Origin: Tricharina praecox
Lineage: Eukaryota
Assembly (NCBI RefSeq): GCF_024521635.1
Contig: NW_026250426.1
Location: 62,001 to 126,000, forward strand
DNA: 64,000 nt
Direction: 5' to 3'
Shown here: positions 13,524-23,900 of the stretch, piece after piece
How the letters are laid out: the number at the start of each line of letters is the position of its first letter
How positions within the stretch are numbered: position 1 is the stretch's first letter
Translations under genes and position numbers: made by a program
Notes under the pieces: model-generated
Told to the model about the DNA's origin: nothing
Database searches by the model: none
What the model saw: only the letters and a program-made list of their open reading frames with translations

Positions 13524-15017
13524 TCATCGGTTCTCTGCCGTTTCCTTCCGGGGCTCCTCGGTTTTTACCTCCGGCAATACATCTGCAGCCTCCTCTGATG
13601 GTTTCGTCTCCTCGGGCGCCACTTCGGGGGTTGCCTCTATTGTCTCCTCTACTTTTGGCACCTCCTCGGCCTTCGGTGTCTGTTTCACAACTTGGGCAGC
13701 CTGCTCCTCCTCCTTCGGCACATCCACCGCCTCTACCACCTTCTCAACCACCTCCTCCACCTTCTCCGCCTCCTTCTCCACCACTTCCTTTGATTCTTCT
13801 TCCGTCTTTGGAACCTCCACCTCTCCCTCCAGCCCCTCCGCCTGTGACACCTCGGCAGCTTCCTCCGTTGATTTCTCCACGACATTCGCCACCTTCTCTC
13901 CCATTTTCAACACCCGCACATTCCCCGTTTTTTGCTGCGCACTCCTCCTTGCCTTATTTCCCGCTCGTGCAGCCAACATCCTCTGGGCCTCCCTCTCTTC
14001 CTCCGTCTTCACCACAGGATTCTCTATACTCGTAAACATCTTGAGCACCTCATCCTCAGCAATCCCGGGACCTGCGCTTTCCAAACGTTCCAACAACCTA
14101 GTCATCGCCTTCACCATCTCCATGATCCTCACACTCTTTTCCCCAACCTTATGCAGCCGCAGCACCGGATCCGCCAGAACAAGCGTGTTCGCGACCGGCC
14201 CGGGCTCCTGGACCACGCCGGTCTTCACATCCACGACCCCGCGGAACATTTCGAGGTCGGGATGTGTGTAGAAGCGCAAGTACTCCGTGAGCACTGCCCA
14301 CGGGGTCTTCGGGAGTTTATTGCCGACGCGCTCGTAGCGGTTCAGGAACGCGACCATGCTCAGCGTGAGGCCGTAGCTGCCGATTCCGCCGTACAGCGGC
14401 AGGTCGAAGTCTGCCGCCTTGATCCACGCCTTGAGCAGCACCAGCGCCTCCTTCGCACCCGGTCGTGCCCCGAGCTGCAATGTGATGAAGTCGTTGCGCG
14501 CTACCATCGGCCCAAGCGGCTGGTACGAGACGTCAACCGCTACATCTTCCCCCGTGTCCTCTGTGGCTGGCACGACGTATTTCAGCACGGGAGCTGGGGA
14601 TAGCCGTCCGACGAGTGACATCGGCGTGTTGGCGCTGAGGCCGGCGAAGATGTTGGCGCGGTGCAGCCGCTGCGCCCAGGTGCTCGTGCGGACTATGGTG
14701 TTTTGTGGCACGGAAATGACGATGTCGATGTCACTGCCGCGGAGGGCGAGGCCCGTGGGCCAGGAGCCGACGGAGATGACGGTCGAGTGTGGCCATATCG
14801 GTTCGATCACGGCACGCTGCCGCGCGAGGATCTGGCTGCGCAGGAAGTATGAGGTGGGGCTCAGGAGGAGAGAGGCTGCGACGTTGGTGAGCGCGTCGGT
14901 GCTGGGGGCCGCGCGGAAGGCCATCGTTGTACTTGTGCTAGTGGTGGCGGTGGGGGCAGAGGTGGAGAGGAATTGTCGGATCTTCAATAAGATTCCCCCA
15001 CCATAAATAAAACTCAT
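13524..15017 (-). CDS. Divergent non-canonical poly(A) polymerase / terminal nucleotidyltransferase (Trf4/Cid1 superfamily) with a Glu-rich tail
   Basis: Pol-beta NTase signature VGSWPTGLALRGSDIDIV, third Asp in VAVDVSY, GGIGSYGL motif, 'LVLADP' segment. Single exon; the start could be 15017 or 14924. Confidence 0.8.
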   Translation of the reverse strand: MSFIYGGGILLKIRQFLSTSAPTATTSTSTTMAFRAAPSTDALTNVAASLLLSPTSYFLRSQILARQRAVIEPIWPHSTVISVGSWPTGLALRGSDIDIVISVPQNTIVRTSTWAQRLHRANIFAGLSANTPMSLVGRLSPAPVLKYVVPATEDTGEDVAVDVSYQPLGPMVARNDFITLQLGARPGAKEALVLLKAWIKAADFDLPLYGGIGSYGLTLSMVAFLNRYERVGNKLPKTPWAVLTEYLRFYTHPDLEMFRGVVDVKTGVVQEPGPVANTLVLADPVLRLHKVGEKSVRIMEMVKAMTRLLERLESAGPGIAEDEVLKMFTSIENPVVKTEEEREAQRMLAARAGNKARRSAQQKTGNVRVLKMGEKVANVVEKSTEEAAEVSQAEGLEGEVEVPKTEEESKEVVEKEAEKVEEVVEKVVEAVDVPKEEEQAAQVVKQTPKAEEVPKVEETIEATPEVAPEETKPSEEAADVLPEVKTEEPRKETAENR

Positions 15018-15164
15018 GCACCCCTGCACGTCAGCTTCCGCCCAGCCAAGCAACAAGCCCCTTCACCCCCACCAGTGGCCGTTAACCACTCCTGCCTTCA
15101 ACAACAACACGACCACAACAAACACCTCACCACCACCACCCACAACAGCAACAACAACACCAAC

Positions 15165-15550
15165 ATGCCTCCTCTCCACCCCTCGCGCACCTCGATCCGC
15201 CCCAGCATGGCGCCCTCCAATGCCAAGGCGCGACAGGTATCGCATCTGACCAGCCAGCTCGCGCAGCTACAAGCGAACCTTGCCGACCTCGAAGACATCG
15301 CGCGCGTCACCGCCGTGCAGGCGGAGAACATTAAGGTGTTGGGGAGTCTCAACTGCGCCATGTACGGGCCCATTCCCCGACATTCACCTAGTAGGGGACG
15401 GTGGCGGGGGCTAACGTCGGCAGGTTAATGGCCGCGTCGAAAGTCCTGGGCGAGACCGGTATCGGCCATGGAAAGCCGAGTCCGGCGGCGAGGGGCGGTA
15501 AGAGCGGACATGCGGAGGATGATGATGGAGACATGGAAATGGCGGATTGA
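15165..15550 (+). CDS. HSK3: DASH/Dam1 kinetochore complex subunit Hsk3, 2 exons (intron 15362-15423)
   Basis: KARQVSHLTSQLAQLQANLADLEDIARVTAVQAENIKVLG...MLMAASKVLGE matches the Hsk3 pattern of filamentous fungi. Confidence 0.88.
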
Positions 15551-16054
15551 TAGACGCGTACCACACCTCTGCCTGCTGGTCCCGCACTTTCTTGCCCGCA
15601 CTCACAGCGCAGACAGATAGACGGTGGTACTATGCCGACTCTTCTCTACATACTCGCTTCTGGTCCAGGCTCAATTCGCAGCGCACGACACTAGGAGGCA
15701 CGCAACGTGACGAACACACGCAAGCTATTACAAAGTGGCTGCAGGTGTCGGAGAGTACATAGAGTGGAAGGTTGCGAGTCTGTAGCTATATAGCTCTGTG
15801 GCCGACGATGAAGCTCGCAATCTACGAACGTCGCCCATCAATAGCTGTACATATCTATTGCAGCTCACTATAGTCGTCTCCTCCAATCGTAGGTGGAATT
15901 GGGTCCGAGGTGGGGGTGATAGATGTTGAAATATCGTGCTACTTCTAAGAGCTTCCGTCCTCACCACTCGCCGGGCCCAGATACACACAACATATATTCT
16001 CTACTCCACAGTAAATTTGCTCAAAAATCGCGCCCAGCCAGTCTGGTATAATCC

Positions 16055-16163
16055 GGTCGCTTAGCTCAGTTGGTTAGAGCGTGGTGCTAATACCTTCGCA
16101 CGGTCCTTCTTGCGGGCCCGGTGGTCAACGCCAAGGTCACAGGTTCGACCCCTGTAGTGATCA
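16055..16163 (+). tRNA. tRNA-Ile(AAT) with a ~35-nt intron (16093-16127)
   Basis: GGTCGCT-TAGCTCAGTTGGTTAGAGC-GTGGTG-CT-AAT-A[intron]A-CGCCA-AGGTC-ACAGG-TTCGACC-CCTGT-AGTGATC-A; the stems pair, and A and B boxes are present. Confidence 0.95.
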
Positions 16164-17174
16164 TTCCTTAGCCCCTACCTGAAGGCCCTGTTGGGGTTCG
16201 ATGGCGGAGCGGATTTTTTGTCGCTGCTGATGGGCAGTCGGACAGTCGGTCGAGATAGAAGCAGAGGTGGCGAGTGAGAGTTGAGGTCCGTGCTTGGAGT
16301 GAGTGAGTGAGTGGACGAGTGAGCGAGTGAGGATGCATGCATGCATCCAACTTGTATTGTGCGGTACATAGCCAGTGAAACAGGCCAGCTGGCACCTGGG
16401 CCTGGTCCCAACCTACATACATGGTACATGTTCGGAATTTCAGGCAGGCAGGCAGACACGCGGGTGTGCAGATGTGCGAATGCCGTGTAGTTATGGGCGG
16501 GATATAAACCCTCGCTTCTGGTCCAGACTGCAGACGGCAGGCAGCATAACATACATTGGCACTGGCACTGGCACGATTACGAGAACAACCGACCAATAGG
16601 TATCACCATATTACCTACCATATTACCATACTTACCATACTACCATAGGCATTTTACCTTCGGCGCGCGTTATGCAGCTCGGCCGCGGACCGTATCGCTT
16701 CTGTAGCTTTTGTTTTTTTGGGATGGGCGTGCATATTTCGCGGGAGTGGGCAGGGCATGGGACGTTTGAGCGGGACGGTGGGCGGAGGGCGGTTTAGCAC
16801 GTGTTTGGTGTTTGGGAGGGCGGTCGGTGATGCTGTAGAAACCAGGAATTCTGTAGAGTAGAGTAATCCTCGCCCGATGAATGGTCCTCTCCTCGCCTCC
16901 TCTGCGATGCGAATGAACGATCCAAATGAAAGGAAATTCCAATTCCGCTCCCCCACCCCCCAAATAGGTAGCATAGCATAGCACTGGCAAGTAAATACAC
17001 ACAAGACGAACCGACAAAAGACAAATTACAAACCCCCCAATTCCATAATCCATAACTCCGATGCGCAACCCGTAAAACACACCCTCTCCCACAACCCCCC
17101 CTCCCCCTCACACAAACTCACTCCCCCCTCCCGCCCCGCCCGGCGACCGGCGCCTCCCAGCCGGCCGTCCGTAA

Positions 17175-17717
17175 TTACTTCCCAATCCTGCCCTCGAGGA
17201 CCTCGACCCTCTTCCTGAAGCCCTTGACGATCTCGCCGATACGCTTGATCTTCAAAAACTCATTCTGCAGCTCGTCGCACTGTCGCAGGATCTCGCGCAG
17301 CCGCTCGATCTCGCGGTTCGCCTGCTCGGCTACGCTGTTGGCCCGCCGGTGGTGCGCGGTCGTCGATTTGAGGGTTTGCGAAGATAACTGTCGGGGCTAA
17401 GTGTTAGTTACGGGGGTTGCGAGGGGGAGGAGGGGGGGAGGAGGGGGGGGAAGTACGGATTCGACGCGCGAGGTGATGGACGAGAGCAGGGCGTCGAAGT
17501 GCGACGAGAGCTGCGAGAGCGCCTGCGGATCGAGGGAGATTCCCGCGCTGGTGTGGGAAGAGCTGTGGCTAGCGGCGGTTGAGGACGACGACGGCGGCGG
17601 CGGCCGCGGCCGCAGCGTGCGCTGCGTGTGTGCGATGTAGCTGAGGTCTTCGCGCGAGATGTGGTGTAGCAGGCTGTCTCTGTCTCTGTCTCTTTCGCGG
17701 TCGCTGGTGGTGTTCAT
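17175..17717 (-). CDS. CNL1: BLOC-1 complex subunit Cnl1-like coiled-coil protein, 2 exons
   Basis: LDPQALSQLSSHFDALLSSITSRVES / LSSQT...ANREIERLREILRQCDELQNEFLKIKRIGEIVKGFRKRVEVLEGRI; intron at about 17388-17456. Confidence 0.75.
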
Positions 17718-18053
17718 TGCGTTGGAGACATTGGGTGATGGGATGGTGGTAGGGTACGGGGCGGTATGGTGGAAGGTGAGGGAGATGATTGATGATGGGA
17801 TGAGGTTGGGGTGCAGCCGAGGTAGGTAGGGGTGCGTGGGAGATAGGGTGGGATGTGGGCACTGGGAACGTGGGTTGATTGGAGTCGCCGACGTGTGGGT
17901 ATCTAGCGAGCGTTTTCATCCCACACCTGACAGAAAACGAGAATTCGCAAATGCGGGGGACGCCTGCAGATGGGGGTTAAGAGGCTTATTATGACGGCGG
18001 CATACATGCAACTATAGTACACTACAGCTCCGGCATCGATCGGGAGATAGATT

Positions 18054-18330
18054 GTTGGGTGCATACGGAACGTGGTAGCAATGAGCATCAGTGGGAATAG
18101 CATGTGCAGAATATGTACCGTAGCCGGTTTCAACTGTCGAGCTTCTTCAGATTGAGTACATACAGAACGTGGTAGTATCAGTGAGAATATCATGTGCAAA
18201 GCACCTACGGTGGTCGGCTTCAACTGTCGAGCGTCTTCAGATTGGGTGCATACAAGAACGTAGTAGCATCAGTGAGAATAGCATGTGCAGAATACGTACA
18301 GCAGCCATCTTCAACTATCGAGCTTCTTCC
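18054..18330. repeat. Three degenerate tandem copies of a ~90-bp unit; the last copy overlaps the stop codon of the Pof8-like gene
   Basis: Recurring blocks GCATAC..GAACGT(G/A)GTAG, ATCAGTG(A/G)GAATA(G/T)CATGTGCA and TTCAACT(G/A)TCGAGC, each seen three times at ~90-bp spacing. Confidence 0.9.
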
Positions 18331-19892
18331 TCTTCCCCTCCAGCACGACCGATCCGGTGCTCAGTCTCGGCCTCTTCCCCGGCTGCCTCACATCCACATC
18401 CACCACCATCTCTGCCTCCCCCGCCGTCCCCGCCGTCCCCGCCGTCTGCTCCCTGCCCTTCCCCTTCCTCCCCTTCTTCGCCGCCGCCGTCTCACTGACC
18501 GTATCATGCACCTTCTTCCAATACAGCTTCTCCTCTTCGCCCTCCAGTATCCTCCCCACCACAAACCGCTCCTTCTCCTTGAAACCCCTGCCATCATTCC
18601 CATCCCTCATCGCCCTCTTCCTCTTCTTCAGCGCCGCAACGATGAGCTCCGAGTCCGCCGCGGTCGATTGTCGGAGGTAGCACCTGTCCGCGCCCTTCTT
18701 GTAATCAATGTAGTTAATCTGCACCTTCGGATTACCATGCGCACCCTCGTCCTTCTCCTTCTCATCATTCTCCTCCTTCTCCTCGGCGCTCTCCTTCTCC
18801 TTCTTCTTCTTCTCTGCGTTCCTCCCCTCCTTCTTGCGTAGATACCTATCCACGCTGCGCGTAACAAACGAGCTGATCGACGGCTTATTGACCTCGCCAT
18901 GCAACCTCTCGATGTGGACAATCAGCCCTTTTTCAAACTCCCTCGCACTCCCGCCCCCGTGCCCCGCATTTCCCGCATTTCCCGCATATCCCACCCCCTC
19001 CTGCTCCAGCTCATATAGCGGCTGCACCAACCGCGCCTCCACCGCGCCCCTCCTTCTGCTATGATACTCCTCCTGGCGCCTCTCCCACTCTTTCTGCGTG
19101 AGCACGATCCACCCCGCTGGCCACAGCACACGATCCGCCACGTCCTGTTCGCTCACCGCCGCAGCAAGCGTGACCAGCGTCCAGCTGCGCGCTGTGGTGC
19201 TCGTGTACACGACCGGCAGCAGCTGTGTGGGCAGCGTGCGCGAGAGCTCGAGCGCGATTTTGCCGGGCGCGCGGAGGGGTAAAGAGGGCGTTGAGGGCTC
19301 CTGCGAGAGGTCAGCTACCACACATCGGGCGGGGGCGGGAGGGGGCGGGGGGAAGTACGATATAAACCGTTCGCTCCTCGTCGAGCTGCTGCCGCTGCAG
19401 TCCCGGGCGCAAGCGTATGTGATACCCGTCCTCCGCGATCTCTAGCAGCGTGGAGCCCACCGCTTCGAGCGCACGCTTCACCAGCACCTGCGTCACGGGC
19501 GGACGGTGCTCCGCGAATATTTCGCATTCGACGATTGATACTAGGTGTACATCTATCCCCCGTCGCCATCAGCTCCTGGGGCTTGATACAGAGAGGGAAA
19601 CAGCGGGAAACAGTGGGGAACAGTGGGGAACAGTGGGGAACAGACACTCATCCTTCCCCCGAGCCCGCCCGGCAAGCCACGGGGTATACGGGTTCTCAGA
19701 GGAAAACAGCTGCTCGAGCGTGAGGACTAGGGATCGTGCGGCGGTTTCATCTATCGCCGCCGCTGCTGCTGCCGCCGGTTTCGTTGCTGGTTTCGTTGCT
19801 GCTGGGGCGTGGGAGGCGTGGGAGGCGTGGGAAGAGTGCGCTCGCGGCCCTATTGCGTGCGGCTTCTGGAATTGGCGCGGGAGGAACATCAT
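18311..19892 (-). CDS. Pof8/Lar7/LARP7-like La-related RNA-binding protein (divergent La motif, RRM, C-terminal xRRM), 3 exons (introns ~19553-19645 and ~19301-19358)
   Basis: N-terminal MFLPRQ; RTVYI|EPS; WPAGWIVLTQKEWERRQEEY; xRRM FEKGLIVHIERLH...INYIDYKKGADRCYLR...ILEGEEEKLYWKKV. These blocks are collinear with S. pombe Pof8 as recalled. Confidence 0.82.
19596..19643. repeat. Tandem 10-mer (CAGTGGGGAA-type) inside intron 1 of the Pof8-like gene
   Basis: cagcgggaaa cagtggggaa cagtggggaa cagtggggaa cag is read directly. Confidence 0.9.
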
Positions 19893-20786
19893 CTTCTTGG
19901 TAGGTGTTAATTTCGTTTTTCAGTTGGAAGGTTATGTTGCGGGGCGAGGATGGCGGGGCAGCAGGCAGGGCAGGGCAGGGGGGAGCTATGGAGAGCTCGT
20001 GGCGCGCCAAGTCCATCATGTATCTGGCTGTCTATCTAGCTGCGGGGAAAAAAGGGCTCGTCTGGTTCCTGATTGGATGCGGGTAGAAATCGATAAGCTT
20101 GATTTTGTTTGGCTAGGTATGGTTTGGTTTGGTTTCAGCTTTCAGGGCCAGGTCCGGTGAATCAGATGTAGGAATTGACTGTACATCCATGGAGGATTTC
20201 CGATTCGTTCGTTGGTTGTTGCCCAGCTGCAATGCTGCCTGCATGTCAGACGCGAACGCGGATATCCGCCCGGAAGTTGGAACATCACTCGCTCACGGCC
20301 ACCGCCACCACGACGACGCCTGTGGTTACATATAACTACGCGGGTTAAGTACTATATGTACCATCCTCCAACCCATACTTTACCGCCACAACCCCATCTC
20401 GGTCTATACCATCATCACCTCCTCCCATCCTGGGACCCGAACCGAACCCAACCAACAATCCCTATTGCTATGTATAGTGCTGGCAACGTTCTAGAAATAT
20501 GCATACCAAAGATTATATCAAAGCAATCCCAACATGACGGCATCCCAGCCAGGTCCCAACCAATATTCAAACGCATTCTATAGACATCAAACGAAAGAAA
20601 GAGGGAGAAAAAAGAAAACGTAGAAAGCGTTAACAACGATTAAGGTAGTATTCACGTCCGGCTAGCGTAGGGAAAAGACAGAAGAAGAGAAGAAAATCCG
20701 AAGGTATTGAGTCTTGATGAAGATGGAAATCTCCGCGTGCTTCTGGTCTCCGTGATACGAAGATGAAGAAAACGAATGGTGGTGTC

Positions 20787-20900
20787 CTAGTTCGAGGGAC
20801 GGGGTGGGGGTGGAGGTCCAGAACCAGAAGGACGCCTGGGCTTCTTCCGAACGAAGACGTCGGACGGTCCGGACTTCCTGTAAACCACACCCTTCTTGGG

Positions 20901-20933
<33 letters not shown>

Positions 20934-23900
20934 GGGGGCAGCGGCCGGGGGCGGAGCCTGCGATGGGTCAGTCTTAGAATTTTCTTTGGTGAGGAAGAGA
21001 ACCTACGGTGCTCGAACTTGAACTGTTATTACCGGGGTTGGCCGGAGGGTCTACTTCCATCTTCTTGCTTGCGCGCTCGTCGTCGAAGTGGGCAGGGCGC
21101 TTTAGATTCCGCGGAGCCTGCTGCACCGGGGGCGTTGGATTATTCGAACCCGTGCGCAATGTACAGTTGGCATATCTATGTCCCTTGTTTCCGCAAGCGT
21201 TGCAAGTGATATTGGCGTCCCTGTTCTGGAGGCCGTTTGAAGGCTGATTACCACCCTGAGGTCGCTGGTTCGCATTCTGCGGCTGACGTGGAGGGCGTTG
21301 GTTTCCGCGCCCACGAGGCCCAGTGGGTATGTCGACGTCCATGGCATTGTTATTCTGTTTGTAACTACGTTGGGGCTGAGGCTGAGGCTGCTGTTTGAGC
21401 GGCATGTCAGTGTCGATATCCATTGGGTCCCAGTCGTCTGCGGCTGCCTGCTGTTGACCACCGTCGGGGGCAGCTCGAGGAGCCGGGGGAGCTTCGATTT
21501 TTCTGTTAGAGGCACGAGTGCTCCGATTGAACAATCCACGAACGTTATCCGTGAAGTAGTTACGAGCCTTAGCATCCTCTATCAAACTTCGCCACATCTG
21601 GTTGCGAACCAGGAAGTTCGCGTTTCCAAGGATGAACAACGAGGATTTCGATCTGGTGAGACCGACGTTCATACGCCGGATATCGCTCAAGAAACCCACA
21701 CCTCCCTCTTCTGCCGCCCTGACACACGAGAAGATGATGATATCTCGCTCACGACCCTGGAACGCATCCACAGTGTTGAACTCGATACCAGTGAGAATTT
21801 TCTCTCCATAGTGGTTAATGAACGTCTTCCTGAGCTCGCCCAGCTGCTGTTTGTACGGGGTAACAATGCCGATGCGTCCGTCAAAATTGACATCCTTAAA
21901 GTCCTGAGTGATACGGTCGAAAAGATCAAGAGCGGTCCGTGCCTCCTCTGCGTTGTATAGCGACGTCTTCTGCCGTGCCTCCGAACCGGCGACGTTGAAG
22001 AACCTATACGGTCCGAAAACCGTACTGTCGTGCCACGGCTGTGTGCGCAGCTCGGCCATACCCTCTCCGTCCATGAGTCCGGAATCGTAGAAAGACCGGC
22101 TGGGGAAAGCACTGATCGCCGGGTGCATTCGGTACTGGATGCTCAACAGGTGTACGCGCTTAGGGTAGTTTTCCTGCATGCGGACGAACAGTGACTTCTC
22201 GTAACTGAACCTCGCAGCATCTCGAGACAGAACTGTGGGCGGCTACAAGCGTATTAACATATATATCTGCAGTGCTTCGGAAACTCGGGGCTTAATCACC
22301 AGTTGCTGAGGATCTCCAACCAAGATGCATTTTTCGCATCCAAACTTGAGGGGTATCAGAGCGCTCAATTCGACGGACTGGGCTGCTTCATCAATAATGA
22401 CAGTCTCAAAGTCGACATTGATATTGCGGAGCATCTCGTGACCTGCTCCGCTCAGAGTTGCACAAATGATTTGCGATTCGTTCATAATCTGCTGCTGGCA
22501 CTGACGGCGCAGAATTTCGGCGTTTCGCCCACTCTCCTTCCTCTGGTCTCGCTGCTGATCCAATTGACGACGCAGATCTCGAATGTTCATACTCAGTTTG
22601 TCGACCTCGGGCAACAGTCCAACAGGAGGCTCAATCTTCTGTGCACGTGCTTCGTCGAGAGCCTTCTGTTTTTCGGCACGTTCTGCACAAGCTTTGGTAT
22701 GCTGTTGCCGCAAGTCATCCGTGTTCTGACCTCCTGGAGTTTGGTTCGTGGTTGGCTGCATTATAGCATCAACTAGCACCTCAAGCGTAACTTCCTTGAC
22801 TGCAGCATTGATGGCGTCTGACTTTCCGAGCCGAACAATCTTAGGGACCCATTTCTCGCCCTTGGCTGATTGCAGACCCTGCATGAAACGGACCACCAAT
22901 TCATCGACAGCAGCGTTGCTGGGAGCGCAGACAAGGACTTTCTTCGTGGGGGTTTTCACGGACGAGGCCACTCCTGTGATCGGAATGATATCGCTGCTGG
23001 GACTCAGCAAAGCACCAACAATACCGACGACCGTCTTTGTCTTTCCGGTTCCGGGAGGTCTAGGAGTATCATATCAGCATACAGTTCCGCCAAGTTTGGA
23101 CGGATTTTGGCGCCATACCCTTGGATCAAATTGAACCCGGTGCCTGAGACGGCCGATATGATAGCTTTCGCCTGTGGTTCGTTGACATCGTAGATGCTCA
23201 TGGTTTTTTCCACCTGTTTCTCCGTAGGTTCGACCAAAGGACTGGGCTTCGCCGTTAAGATCTCCTCACGGAGGTCGTAATACTGCATGCACACCAGAGC
23301 CGCGTACTCTCTCTCCAGCGGTGTCAAACTGTACCAATGTCAGCACTGAAGTAGGTAGGTAGTCCATAACTGGGTTACTGGGAGTATACTTCATGATCTT
23401 GACTCCGTACAGAGTACCACCGTTGCGCATATGGTTCTGCAACATCACTGGCCCTGGTTCGCAGCGCAGCGATACTTCACAGTTGCCGGTAAACTTCCTC
23501 TTTACGGTATGCACCCTAGCGATGCAATGCGGTCCACCGGTATTAACGAGTGGATCTTTGCTCGCGGAAAGCAGCACGACATCCGCCTCAAACCAGCGAT
23601 TACGATCAGGCATGTTTTCGATGGTGGACTCCAACTCGACAAAATGATCCGATCTCATCCGGGTGGCAATCTTGACCTCCAGACAACCACTGGGCATGGC
23701 ATCCTCCTTGGACTTCAGAAACGATTGCCATGCTTCAAGCAAGAGCAACGGCTCAAATGTTTTCTGATATGCCCCAAAGGTACTGAAGGATTTTGGGACG
23801 GACGTGTAATGGTTGACCGACATGCCCGGCGGAAACTTACCATCGTGAAAGAAATCCCACTTGAAGATCTGTTTATACAGCTCGGACATGTCCGGAGCCA

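Noticed and set aside
18054..18330. ~90-bp repeats as a CRISPR-like array or box C/D snoRNA cluster
   Set aside because: Whole units are homologous with no unique spacers, the context is eukaryotic, and the TGATG/CTGA boxes are imperfect and too close together.
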